DNA of 64,000 nt from Aureibacter tunicatorum (GTDB lineage: Bacteria > Bacteroidota > Bacteroidia > Cytophagales > Cyclobacteriaceae), in assembly GCF_036492635.1 (NCBI RefSeq), contig NZ_AP025305.1:3798000-3861999 (forward strand), in the 5' to 3' direction. Numbering within the stretch: the first letter of the stretch is position 1; every line of letters begins with the position of its first letter. Shown one piece after another: positions 47,876-56,627 of the stretch. A program made the position numbers and the translations under genes. The notes beneath the pieces were generated by a model. That model saw nothing but the letters and a program-made list of their open reading frames with translations, did no database searches and was not told the origin of the DNA.

Positions 47876-49936
47876 TTACCAAATCTTAGCTCTTTCCGAT
47901 GCAGGTCTAACCATCGGGTCCCCATCTTTCAAATGGAAAGCCTCCTTAAAGGACTCCAAGTTGGACAATGGAGCAAAAGCTCTAATCATACCCGGAGAAT
48001 GAACATCAGTAAGCAAGGTCTGCTCCAGTGCTTTTGGTCTATATTTTGTCCTCCAGATTGTCGCCCAAGAAATAAAAAGCCTTTCCTCAGGAGTAAACCC
48101 TTGAATCTTTTCTTTCAATTGCTCATCAGACATTTTATTAATCAAAGCTTGATGAGCCAGTGTCACTCCGCCCAAATCGGCAATATTCTCACCCAAAGTC
48201 AACTTGCCATTCACATGCAAAGAATCCAACACAACATAAGCGTCAAACTGCTTTACAAGCACTTCCGCCTTCTTGTTGAATTTCTCCAAATCTTCTTCAG
48301 TCCACCAATTTTTCAGATTTCCTTGGGCATCGTACCTTCTCCCTTGGTCATCAAAGCCGTGTGTCATTTCATGACCGATCACTGCTCCAATACCTCCGTA
48401 ATTCACAGCGTCGTCCGCTTGGTAATCATAAAAAGGAGGTTGCAAAATAGCCGCAGGAAACACGATCTCATTGTTAATCGGACTATAATAAGCATTAACC
48501 GTCTGCGGAGTCATATGCCACTTTGTCTTATCAACCGGCTTATACAACTCTGCCACATTCTTTTCATGCGCTAATTTTGCGCTTTTAAGCACCATATCCA
48601 AATAGGAGTCCGCAGAATCAAGCTTCAACTTATGATAGTTTTCCCATTTATCTGGATAGCCTATCTTCACTCTAAATGAAGCGAGCTTATGCAAAGCCTT
48701 TTGTTTGGTGCTGTCCCCCATCCAATCCAACTGCTTAATCCTTTCCTTGAAAGCTTCTTCGATGTTCTCAACCATTTCCAAAGCTTTCTGCTTCGCTTCA
48801 GGAGGAAAAACCTCTTCCACATACACTTTGCCTATAGCGAAGCCAACGCTGCCATTAACAGTACCCAAAACTCTTTTCCATCGAGGCCTCATCTCTTTCG
48901 CACCTCTCATAGTCTTGCTGTAAAACTCCCAATTCTGATAAACCAACTCTTCAGTTAGAAATGGCGCAGCGGCGCTGATCGCATTCCACAACAAATAATC
49001 CTGCACATGATTCAAGTCGGTTTCTCTCAATATCTGATCGAAGGCAGCCATATATTTCGGTTGCTCTACTATATAATAAGGTATATCATCAAATCCACTG
49101 GTTTTAAAATACTCATTAAAGTTAAATGATTCCGCCAATGCCTGAAGCTCTTTTTCAGACATCTTATGGTATGTCTTTGTTGGATCTCTTCTTTCAACCC
49201 TGCTTAGCATAGACTCAGCCAAGCTAGTCTCCAATTTCACAATCCCATTTGCCGCTAACTGAGCTTTCTGAGTATTGTATCCACTCAACTCAAACATCTT
49301 CACAATATGCTCCTTATACTGATCCAATACGTCTGCATACTTCGGCAACAAATAGTAATCTCGATCAGGAAGTCCTAAACCACCTCCAGCAACATAGACT
49401 GTCATCTCACTACTGTTCTTTTTGTCTTGATAGACATAGTCTCCAAAAAAGCCAGACACCCCCTCGCTATGCAATTCCGCCAAAACTTTAGGCAAATCTT
49501 CCTTGCCTTTGATAGTTTCAATCTGCTTCAATAACTTTTGCAAAGGCATCAAACCTTCTTTTTGAATTCGCGTTGTATCCAAACCTGTTTGGTACATCAA
49601 CAAAGCTTTGCCTTGATCAGTATCCAAAGCATATGACTTAGAATCTATGGCAGTCTCTATCACATGTTTGAGTTTGTCATTATTGGACTCTATCAATTCA
49701 TTGAAACTTCCCCATCTCGACATATCCGCGGGAATCTGAGTTTCTTCATCCCACTTGCCATTAACAAACTTATAAAAGTTTTCTCCTGGATATACCTTTT
49801 TATCCATGTATTGGGTTTCGATCCCATGCTCAGACTGTTGCTCCATTTGATTCTTATTTTCACCGCCTTGACAGCCCGCTAGCATTGAAACACTCACAGA
49901 ACAACCTAAAGCGACAAGTAAGTACTTTGATTTCAT
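47876..49936 (-). CDS. pepO: M13-family zinc metalloendopeptidase (neprilysin/PepO-like), secreted
   Basis: 'VIGHEMTHGFD' HExxH, 'GENIADLGG', lipoprotein-type signal 'LAGCQG'. Confidence 0.85.
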   Translation of the reverse strand: MKSKYLLVALGCSVSVSMLAGCQGGENKNQMEQQSEHGIETQYMDKKVYPGENFYKFVNGKWDEETQIPADMSRWGSFNELIESNNDKLKHVIETAIDSKSYALDTDQGKALLMYQTGLDTTRIQKEGLMPLQKLLKQIETIKGKEDLPKVLAELHSEGVSGFFGDYVYQDKKNSSEMTVYVAGGGLGLPDRDYYLLPKYADVLDQYKEHIVKMFELSGYNTQKAQLAANGIVKLETSLAESMLSRVERRDPTKTYHKMSEKELQALAESFNFNEYFKTSGFDDIPYYIVEQPKYMAAFDQILRETDLNHVQDYLLWNAISAAAPFLTEELVYQNWEFYSKTMRGAKEMRPRWKRVLGTVNGSVGFAIGKVYVEEVFPPEAKQKALEMVENIEEAFKERIKQLDWMGDSTKQKALHKLASFRVKIGYPDKWENYHKLKLDSADSYLDMVLKSAKLAHEKNVAELYKPVDKTKWHMTPQTVNAYYSPINNEIVFPAAILQPPFYDYQADDAVNYGGIGAVIGHEMTHGFDDQGRRYDAQGNLKNWWTEEDLEKFNKKAEVLVKQFDAYVVLDSLHVNGKLTLGENIADLGGVTLAHQALINKMSDEQLKEKIQGFTPEERLFISWATIWRTKYRPKALEQTLLTDVHSPGMIRAFAPLSNLESFKEAFHLKDGDPMVRPASERAKIW

Positions 49937-50049
49937 AATAAAAATTCTGATTCTTGATTCTATTTAAATCTTCTAAAAACGCTCCAAAAATTTTATCCCG
50001 TCAATAATCCCTCTAAACCAATAATTCCTCTTGTAAAAAAAATAAAAAA

Positions 50050-50241
50050 TTGGCAATAAAATTGATACAGTTCCTTTGCAAACAAATCTACAACAAAATA
50101 GTCATGGAATCCAACAACGAATCCCTTTCACTAACAATTCTCGACGATTCAGAAGATTTTGTCGGAGAATACCAAATAGAAGATGATTTCAATGAATTTG
50201 ATCAGTTCTTAGACGTTTTCTTTTTTGAATATGACAATTAA
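50050..50241 (+). CDS. Hypothetical small acidic protein
   Basis: 63-aa ORF rich in D/E/F. No support beyond ORF and context. Confidence 0.25.
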   Translation: MAIKLIQFLCKQIYNKIVMESNNESLSLTILDDSEDFVGEYQIEDDFNEFDQFLDVFFFEYDN

Positions 50242-50278
50242 TACTGTTATTTGCCTCCACATTTGAATTAACAGATCT

Positions 50279-50515
50279 ATGGATGCAAAAAACATCATAC
50301 ACAAATACTTTAAAAAAGATTTTTCAGGTTACACTGTTCTAGTGCAAGTCAACCCTGTAGACTATACAGGACTGGAACTTATCGTTCATCCTGACGGAAA
50401 AGTAGAAAAAACCAAGATGGAGTTTGACGAAGACATCTACGAAGACCTAGAAGTAGATGAATTCGAAGAAACAACTAGTCTGGTATTCAATCTGTATCTC
50501 AAAGGATTAGCATAG
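50279..50515 (+). CDS. Hypothetical small acidic protein
   Basis: 78-aa ORF. Acidic C-terminal half. Confidence 0.3.
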   Translation: MDAKNIIHKYFKKDFSGYTVLVQVNPVDYTGLELIVHPDGKVEKTKMEFDEDIYEDLEVDEFEETTSLVFNLYLKGLA

Positions 50516-50582
50516 ACAGAGTATATTATACCTAAAATATATTATGCAAATATTTGCCTAATGTAAAAAAAGCGTTACATTT

Positions 50583-50680
50583 GCGTAGCGATTCGGGACT
50601 ACCAGCTCCTTATGAACTCCCCCAGGGCCGGAAGGCAGCAAGGGTAGTAAGTTGTAGCGGTGAGATCTTGAATCGCTACT
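50583..50680 (+). ncRNA. ffs: Signal recognition particle RNA (small/4.5S type), copy 1
   Basis: Domain-IV signature 'cccccagggccggaaggcagcaagggtag'. Closing helix gtagcgattc/gaatcgctac. Preceded by TAcaTTTG (-7-like box), followed by a T-run. Confidence 0.7.
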
Positions 50681-50791
50681 TTTATTTATAGCCATTTAGA
50701 ATTAACACGCCTCTCTTCTCTAAATCGGTTTTTCGACTTATATTTACTCCACAACCGAAACCGACACCACACAGCAACCGAATTCCACTGA

Positions 50792-51445
50792 ATGAAAATA
50801 TTCAAGCTCTTTATCTATGCATTGATCACAAGCCTGATATCAGCATTGCTTATTTGCATACTATCGTATGAATACATTGCAAGCTATTCAAAGCCCTATA
50901 TCTTTCACAATCAAAACAACATCCCCAAAGGCAAAGTAGGCCTGCTTCTTGGCACATCCAAATACCTTCGCAGAGGCACGTTGAACTACTACTACAAATA
51001 CCGCATAGACCAAACAGCCAGTCTCTATAAAAACGGAATCATCAAATGCATCGTTGTCAGCGGAGACAACAGCGATCATAGATACAACGAACCCATTCAA
51101 ATGAGGAACGATCTGATAAAAAAAGGGATTCCAGAAGACGCAATCACAATGGACTATGCGGGATTCAGAACACTAGACTCTGTGGTAAGAATGAAGAAAG
51201 TATTTGGCGCAGGAGACAATGTCCTTATCATCTCCCAGAACTTCCATGATGAGAGAGCTATTTTTTTAGCGAGAAAAAATGATTTGAATGCCACAGCCAT
51301 AGCCTGCAAAGACGTTCCGGAAAGATACGGCATCAAAACCCAAATTAGAGAGTACTTCGCTCGTGTTAAAGCAATTCTTGACATATACATACTAAAAACC
51401 AAGCCCAAATTTTTAGGAAAAAGAGAAAAAATAAACGGTTGCTGA
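50792..51445 (+). CDS. sanA: SanA/YdcF (DUF218) family membrane-anchored protein
   Basis: N-terminal TM. 'VGLLLGTSKY...IIKCIVVSGDNSDHRYNEPIQMRNDLIKKGIPEDAI' DUF218 pattern. Confidence 0.6.
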   Translation: MKIFKLFIYALITSLISALLICILSYEYIASYSKPYIFHNQNNIPKGKVGLLLGTSKYLRRGTLNYYYKYRIDQTASLYKNGIIKCIVVSGDNSDHRYNEPIQMRNDLIKKGIPEDAITMDYAGFRTLDSVVRMKKVFGAGDNVLIISQNFHDERAIFLARKNDLNATAIACKDVPERYGIKTQIREYFARVKAILDIYILKTKPKFLGKREKINGC

Positions 51446-51483
51446 TAAAAGTGTTTGCAATTACAATTAATTCAACTATATTT

Positions 51484-51577
51484 GCATCGCAATTCGGGAC
51501 TACTAGCTCCTTATGAACTCCCCCAGGGCCGGAAGGCAGCAAGGGTAGTAAGTCGTAGCAGTGAGATCTTGGATTGC
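51484..51577 (+). ncRNA. ffs: Signal recognition particle RNA (small/4.5S type), copy 2 (diverged paralogue)
   Basis: Same domain-IV core. Closing helix gcaattc/ggattgc with compensatory changes relative to copy 1. Preceded by TAtaTTTG, followed by TTTTTTT. Confidence 0.65.
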
Positions 51578-51686
51578 TTTTTTTATGCTCAAATTTTATT
51601 ACCCCCCAGTCCCTTTCAACACTCAATATCAAACAATAGATAGATCTAGAGGTTTAAGTTTAAGATTCTTTCTTTTCCCTCAAACC

Positions 51687-52772
51687 ATGTACGACACCCC
51701 TTATTTTTCACCTCTTAGTAGAAAAACAAAGAACACTCCAACAACAAATCCGCATAAAATCCCACAACCACGCATTATTCAAAGAGCATTAATTGATTGG
51801 GCCCAAATATCAACCATCATCAAACCATCACAAGGTCTCAGCTCACATGTATTTTTCGTTAAATTAAATGACAAACAAGAATATGTCCTTAAGTTTCCTT
51901 TTGAAAACTCTGTAGGAGAAAACGAAAGAATGGCCTCTAGCTTTATTGCGAAAAACACCAACTCCCTACTTAGTCCAAGAACACGGTTAATATCCATGCA
52001 AAGCACCGAAGTAGAACAACTGGAAGCAGGAATCAAAAGACATTCAACACCAGCAGCCAGAGAACTTTTAGATGTCTTGCTATCCCACCCTACCGGAGAG
52101 TTCATCTGCATGGAAAAAATGAGCGGACGATCTCTAGATTTCATGGAATCCACTTCTGACAGAAAACTTCTTGCAGACCCATCCTTTCAGTCTAGATTAG
52201 GGGAAGTATTAGCATTCGACTTATTAATGGGAAATATCGACAGGCTACTCTTACTAAACCCAGACAATCTTATTTACGACTTAAAAAAAAGAAGCCTCAG
52301 CCTTATAGACCAAAAAGTATCTATATACGACCTATCAGGAGTAATACCTCATGGAGCGATGGATACAGAAGTCTTGAACACTCCCCACGCCAGTGAAGAC
52401 GAAAAAATGGAAGCAATGCTTCAAGTAAACGCTCATCTAAAAGAATATCTCGAAATACAACTAGCCCCGCTAAAAAATGGCGAATTCGGCAAAAGCAGCA
52501 TATCCGAGAAACTAGCTTTCATGTTTGAAACTCAATATCAAGCCAGAATCGACAGAAGATTGATTGATATCGGCTTATACGAAGGTCTACTAAAAATCGC
52601 GCAAAACTTTCATTGGGCTGGAGCTGAAGCCATGACAGAATGGAGTAAAACAGGAGTTGAAGGCATGGGACTTTTTCACAATTGGCTCACCGTATCCGAT
52701 CTACTGCCTGACGCTCAACAAAGCCTGGCCTCCTTGGAAAAAAACCGAAAAAGACTACTTAAAAAAAGGTAA
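51687..52772 (+). CDS. Hypothetical protein with possible atypical-kinase-like motif
   Basis: Start moved to the first ATG outside the SRP RNA ('MYDTPYFSPL...'). 'FDLLMGNIDRLLLLNPDN' resembles a D-x-x-x-x-N-x-D-R catalytic loop. Weak. Confidence 0.4.
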   Translation: MYDTPYFSPLSRKTKNTPTTNPHKIPQPRIIQRALIDWAQISTIIKPSQGLSSHVFFVKLNDKQEYVLKFPFENSVGENERMASSFIAKNTNSLLSPRTRLISMQSTEVEQLEAGIKRHSTPAARELLDVLLSHPTGEFICMEKMSGRSLDFMESTSDRKLLADPSFQSRLGEVLAFDLLMGNIDRLLLLNPDNLIYDLKKRSLSLIDQKVSIYDLSGVIPHGAMDTEVLNTPHASEDEKMEAMLQVNAHLKEYLEIQLAPLKNGEFGKSSISEKLAFMFETQYQARIDRRLIDIGLYEGLLKIAQNFHWAGAEAMTEWSKTGVEGMGLFHNWLTVSDLLPDAQQSLASLEKNRKRLLKKR

Positions 52773-52842
52773 TCCATATTAATCAAAAACAAAAAAGCGA
52801 AACGCAATAATACGTTTCGCTTAAAATCAAAAGAAAATCTCG

Positions 52843-52915
52843 AGCGGGTGATCAGGTTCGAACTGACGACTTACAGCTTGGAAGGCTGTCGCTCTACCAA
52901 CTGAGCTACACCCGC
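52843..52915 (-). tRNA. tRNA-Gly (anticodon UCC)
   Basis: Reverse complement folds as GCGGGTG-TA-GCTCAGTTGGTAGAGC-G-ACAGC-CTTCCAA-GCTGT-AAGTC-GTCAGTTCGAACCTGAT-CACCCGC-T. Confidence 0.9.
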
Positions 52916-52952
52916 AATAAAAGAGTAACAACCGACAAATATCGGAAAATAG

Positions 52953-53025
52953 AGCGGGTGATCAGGTTCGAACTGACGACTTACAGCTTGGAAGGCTGTC
53001 GCTCTACCAACTGAGCTACACCCGC
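52953..53025 (-). tRNA. tRNA-Gly (anticodon UCC)
   Basis: Identical copy of 52843..52915. Confidence 0.9.
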
Positions 53026-53041
53026 GATTTTCAATTCTATG

Positions 53042-53124
53042 TGGGGAGAGCAGGATTCGAACCTGCGAAGTCGAAAGACAACGGATTTACAGTCCGTCCC
53101 AGTTGGCCGCTTTGGTATCTCCCC
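53042..53124 (-). tRNA. tRNA-Tyr (anticodon GUA), type II with long variable arm
   Basis: Reverse complement GGGGAGA-TA-CCAAAGCGGCCAACTGGG-...-CTGTAAA-...-GCAGGTTCGAATCCTGC-TCTCCCC-A. Confidence 0.85.
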
Positions 53125-53169
53125 AACTAAATATTTTAAATTTATTCAAACCTATTATTTGAATACTGG

Positions 53170-53242
53170 AGCGGGTGATCAGGTTCGAACTGACGACTTA
53201 CAGCTTGGAAGGCTGTCGCTCTACCAACTGAGCTACACCCGC
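53170..53242 (-). tRNA. tRNA-Gly (anticodon UCC)
   Basis: Identical repeat copy. Confidence 0.9.
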
Positions 53243-53258
53243 GATTTTCAATTCTATG

Positions 53259-53341
53259 TGGGGAGAGCAGGATTCGAACCTGCGAAGTCGAAAGACAACG
53301 GATTTACAGTCCGTCCCAGTTGGCCGCTTTGGTATCTCCCC
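53259..53341 (-). tRNA. tRNA-Tyr (anticodon GUA)
   Basis: Identical repeat copy. Confidence 0.85.
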
Positions 53342-53387
53342 AACTAAATATTTTAAAATTTATTCAAACCTATTATTTGAATGCTGG

Positions 53388-53460
53388 AGCGGGTGATCAG
53401 GTTCGAACTGACGACTTACAGCTTGGAAGGCTGTCGCTCTACCAACTGAGCTACACCCGC
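53388..53460 (-). tRNA. tRNA-Gly (anticodon UCC)
   Basis: Identical repeat copy. Confidence 0.9.
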
Positions 53461-53476
53461 GATTTTCAATTCTATG

Positions 53477-53559
53477 TGGGGAGAGCAGGATTCGAACCTG
53501 CGAAGTCGAAAGACAACGGATTTACAGTCCGTCCCAGTTGGCCGCTTTGGTATCTCCCC
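53477..53559 (-). tRNA. tRNA-Tyr (anticodon GUA)
   Basis: Identical repeat copy. Confidence 0.85.
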
Positions 53560-53605
53560 AACTAAATATTTTAAAATTTATTCAAACCTATTATTTGAAT
53601 GCTGG

Positions 53606-53678
53606 AGCGGGTGATCAGGTTCGAACTGACGACTTACAGCTTGGAAGGCTGTCGCTCTACCAACTGAGCTACACCCGC
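53606..53678 (-). tRNA. tRNA-Gly (anticodon UCC)
   Basis: Identical repeat copy. Confidence 0.9.
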
Positions 53679-53694
53679 GATTTTCAATTCTATG

Positions 53695-53777
53695 TGGGGA
53701 GAGCAGGATTCGAACCTGCGAAGTCGAAAGACAACGGATTTACAGTCCGTCCCAGTTGGCCGCTTTGGTATCTCCCC
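53695..53777 (-). tRNA. tRNA-Tyr (anticodon GUA)
   Basis: Identical repeat copy. Confidence 0.85.
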
Positions 53778-53823
53778 AACTAAATATTTTAAAATTTATT
53801 CAAATCTATTATTTGAATGCTGG

Positions 53824-53896
53824 AGCGGGTGATCAGGTTCGAACTGACGACTTACAGCTTGGAAGGCTGTCGCTCTACCAACTGAGCTACACCCGC
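53824..53896 (-). tRNA. tRNA-Gly (anticodon UCC)
   Basis: Identical repeat copy. Confidence 0.9.
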
Positions 53897-53912
53897 GATT
53901 TTCAATTCTGTG

Positions 53913-53995
53913 TGGGGAGAGCAGGATTCGAACCTGCGAAGTCGAAAGACAACGGATTTACAGTCCGTCCCAGTTGGCCGCTTTGGTATCTCCCC
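53913..53995 (-). tRNA. tRNA-Tyr (anticodon GUA)
   Basis: Repeat copy with a single substitution in the flank. Confidence 0.85.
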
Positions 53996-54254
53996 ATTCC
54001 TTAAAATCTCTTTCGCTTAAGGGACTGCAAATGTGCACGTTTTTTTTTAATTCTCAAACTATGAAATGGAAAAAAAATCCATTCCAACTCATTTTATGAG
54101 GAGTCAAACGGTTTGCTTGAACCTAAGCATCTCATTTAGAGATATTAATATTTATGATCCTCTAGTATTTTTTTTATCAAAAAATTCTCTTTACTCTTCA
54201 CCAAAAAATAATTTTTAGTATTATTGGCCTCTCAACCAAGTATCAGGGTAAAGC

Positions 54255-56615
54255 ATGAAAGTTTGCATCGCGGAAAAGCCATCGGTGGCAAAAGAAATTG
54301 CGCAAATCATAGGCGCCAAACAACGTAATGATGGATATTTTGAAGGAAATGGATATCAAGTCACATGGACTTTTGGACACCTATGCACATTAAAAGAACC
54401 ACACGACTACTTGCCCATACTCAAAAGCTGGAGTTTGCAGATGCTCCCCATCCTTCCCGAAAGGTTCGGAATCAAACTTATCGACGATGGAGGAATCAAA
54501 AAACAATTTAAAACCATAGAAAAACTTCTCTCCACAGCCAAACTTGTCATCAACTGCGGTGATGCTGGACAAGAAGGGGAACTGATACAACAATGGGTCA
54601 TAAAAAAAGCCAAATACAAAGGAGAAATCAAAAGGCTTTGGATCTCATCGCTAACGAAAGAAGCAATACAAAACGGTTTCAACAAGTTGTACAGCAACTC
54701 TGATTTTGCCAACCTTTATGCAGCTGGCAGCACCAGGGCTATTGGAGACTGGTTGCTAGGCATCAACGCTACTCGAGCGTATACGCTCAAATACGGCGAT
54801 GGCAAAGGAGTCCTTTCCATTGGAAGAGTGCAAACCCCTACACTAGCTCTAATTGTCAAAAGACAAAAAGAAATCGAGAATTTCACACCCGAGCCGTACT
54901 GGGAATTAAAGACAAAATACAGAGATGTCGCTTTTTCAAGCGAAACCAAACGATACTCCTCAAAAGAAAGTGTTGAATCAATTGTAAACGAGATTAAAAA
55001 TAGCGAATTAACCATTGTTAGCTTTAAGAAGCAAAATGGCAAAGAATTGCCCCCAAGCCTTTTTGATCTCACCTCCCTGCAAGTCGAATGCAATAAGAAA
55101 CTTTCTTTCTCTGCGGATCAAACATTGAAAATCGTTCAATCTCTATATGAAAAAAAGTTTGTAACATACCCTAGAGTGGATACAACCTTTCTTCCTGATG
55201 ATATTTATCCTCAGGTAAGCTATATCTTGAAATCAATGGAAAGGTTTCAACATTTAACCCAACCTCTGCTTGGAAAAAAAATTAGAAAATCAAAAAAGGT
55301 CTTCAACAACCAAAAAGTAACAGACCACCATGCCATCATACCGACGCAAGTAACTGCTCGAGGACTAAACAATCAAGAACAGAGCGTTTACGATATCATT
55401 GCCAAAAGATTCATCGCTGTATTTTATGATGATTGCCTCGTTTCAAAAACAGAAGTCAAAAGCGAAGTTGAAAAGCATAAATTCAAAGCTACGGGAAAAC
55501 AGATATTATCCATGGGCTGGAGAGAAGTATATGCGGATGAAAAAAATTGGAAAAGCGCATCAAAAGAAGACGAACAAGTAATGCCTGTGTTCAAAGAAGG
55601 TGAATCTGGCCCTCATCTGCCTTATTTCGAAGAAAAGATGACCAAGCCTCCCAAGTATTATACTGAAGCTTCCCTTCTAAGAGCTATGGAAACTGCAGAC
55701 AAGGAAGTTGATGACGAAGAATTAAGAAATGTGCTAAAGCAAAACGGCATTGGCAGACCTTCAACCAGGGCCAGCATTATTGAAACTCTGCACAAGAGAA
55801 GATATATAACTAAACAGAAAAAAAGGCTTGAAGCAACAAGTGTCGGCACTCAACTAATTGACACAATAAATTCCGACCTGCTGAAGTCAGTGGAATTAAC
55901 CGGGCAGTGGGAACACAAGCTCAGACAAATTGAAGATGGCAAATTATCACCAAATTCTTTTTTGAAAGAAATGAAAGAAATGGTTTCAAACATCATTGGT
56001 GATGTGAAAAATGCCAGTTCTCAAAAAATACTCCAAAGTCAACACAACAACTCTCCTAAAAAACCGTCAAAAGCTCCGGAAAAAAAAGCTAATCTTTGCC
56101 CAAAATGCGGAAAAGGAAAAGTTCTTACTGGAAAGTCGGCTTATGGTTGCTCAGAATGGAAACAAGGTTGCGACTTCAGATTACCTCTTTCATGGAATGA
56201 AATAAAAATAAGTCAATCCATGATGGAAGCGTTAGTCAAAAAAGGAAAATCTAGACTAATCAAGAATGCATCGATTAACGGCAAAAAGCAAAACGGCCAT
56301 CTAATCATAGACAAGAACACAAACTTAAGCTTTGAAACCGTTGAAGAAAAAAAGATGACCTGTCCGAAATGCAGCTCCGAACTATTAAAAGGCAAAAATG
56401 CTTTTGGTTGCTCATCTTGGAAGCAAGGCTGTCATTTCAAAATCCCTTTTGAATGGAATGGAAAGAAGTTCACCCAAGCCCAAATCTACCGACTTATCGA
56501 AAAGAGAGAAACTACTCTTATAAAAGGGTTCACAGATCCTGTCTCATCGGAAAAATACAATGCTGTTATCCAGCTAAATGCCACTAACCAAATCGGCGAA
56601 GTTAGAAAAAAATAG
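54255..56615 (+). CDS. topB: DNA topoisomerase III with C-terminal tandem zinc-ribbon modules
   Basis: TOPRIM N-terminus 'MKVCIAEKPSVAKEIAQII', type IA core. Two C-terminal 'CPKC...GC' zinc ribbons. Confidence 0.85.
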   Translation: MKVCIAEKPSVAKEIAQIIGAKQRNDGYFEGNGYQVTWTFGHLCTLKEPHDYLPILKSWSLQMLPILPERFGIKLIDDGGIKKQFKTIEKLLSTAKLVINCGDAGQEGELIQQWVIKKAKYKGEIKRLWISSLTKEAIQNGFNKLYSNSDFANLYAAGSTRAIGDWLLGINATRAYTLKYGDGKGVLSIGRVQTPTLALIVKRQKEIENFTPEPYWELKTKYRDVAFSSETKRYSSKESVESIVNEIKNSELTIVSFKKQNGKELPPSLFDLTSLQVECNKKLSFSADQTLKIVQSLYEKKFVTYPRVDTTFLPDDIYPQVSYILKSMERFQHLTQPLLGKKIRKSKKVFNNQKVTDHHAIIPTQVTARGLNNQEQSVYDIIAKRFIAVFYDDCLVSKTEVKSEVEKHKFKATGKQILSMGWREVYADEKNWKSASKEDEQVMPVFKEGESGPHLPYFEEKMTKPPKYYTEASLLRAMETADKEVDDEELRNVLKQNGIGRPSTRASIIETLHKRRYITKQKKRLEATSVGTQLIDTINSDLLKSVELTGQWEHKLRQIEDGKLSPNSFLKEMKEMVSNIIGDVKNASSQKILQSQHNNSPKKPSKAPEKKANLCPKCGKGKVLTGKSAYGCSEWKQGCDFRLPLSWNEIKISQSMMEALVKKGKSRLIKNASINGKKQNGHLIIDKNTNLSFETVEEKKMTCPKCSSELLKGKNAFGCSSWKQGCHFKIPFEWNGKKFTQAQIYRLIEKRETTLIKGFTDPVSSEKYNAVIQLNATNQIGEVRKK

Positions 56616-56627
56616 ACAAAAAGGGCT

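Noticed and set aside
51366-51643. ORFs 51366..51632 (-), 51455..51643 (+) and the 5' part of 51561..52772 (+)
   Set aside because: They overlap the second SRP RNA gene and its promoter/terminator. The protein start was moved to the first ATG downstream (51687).
52843-53995. Repeat-spacer architecture superficially resembling a CRISPR array
   Set aside because: The repeats are 73- and 83-nt tRNA genes with canonical cloverleaf folds, the spacers are identical to each other, and there are no cas genes.
53039-54004. Four ORF-track ORFs (102, 81, 81 and 82 aa) with near-identical peptides
   Set aside because: They are translations across the tandem tRNA-Gly/tRNA-Tyr repeat array on the opposite strand. 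The repeating peptide reflects the DNA repeat, not a protein family.
54296-54315. Third copy of the TTGCGCA operator half-site inside topB ('gaaattgcgcaaatcat')
   Set aside because: Only one half-site, without the inverted partner at 5-bp spacing. It encodes the conserved TOPRIM peptide KEIAQII, so it is coincidental.
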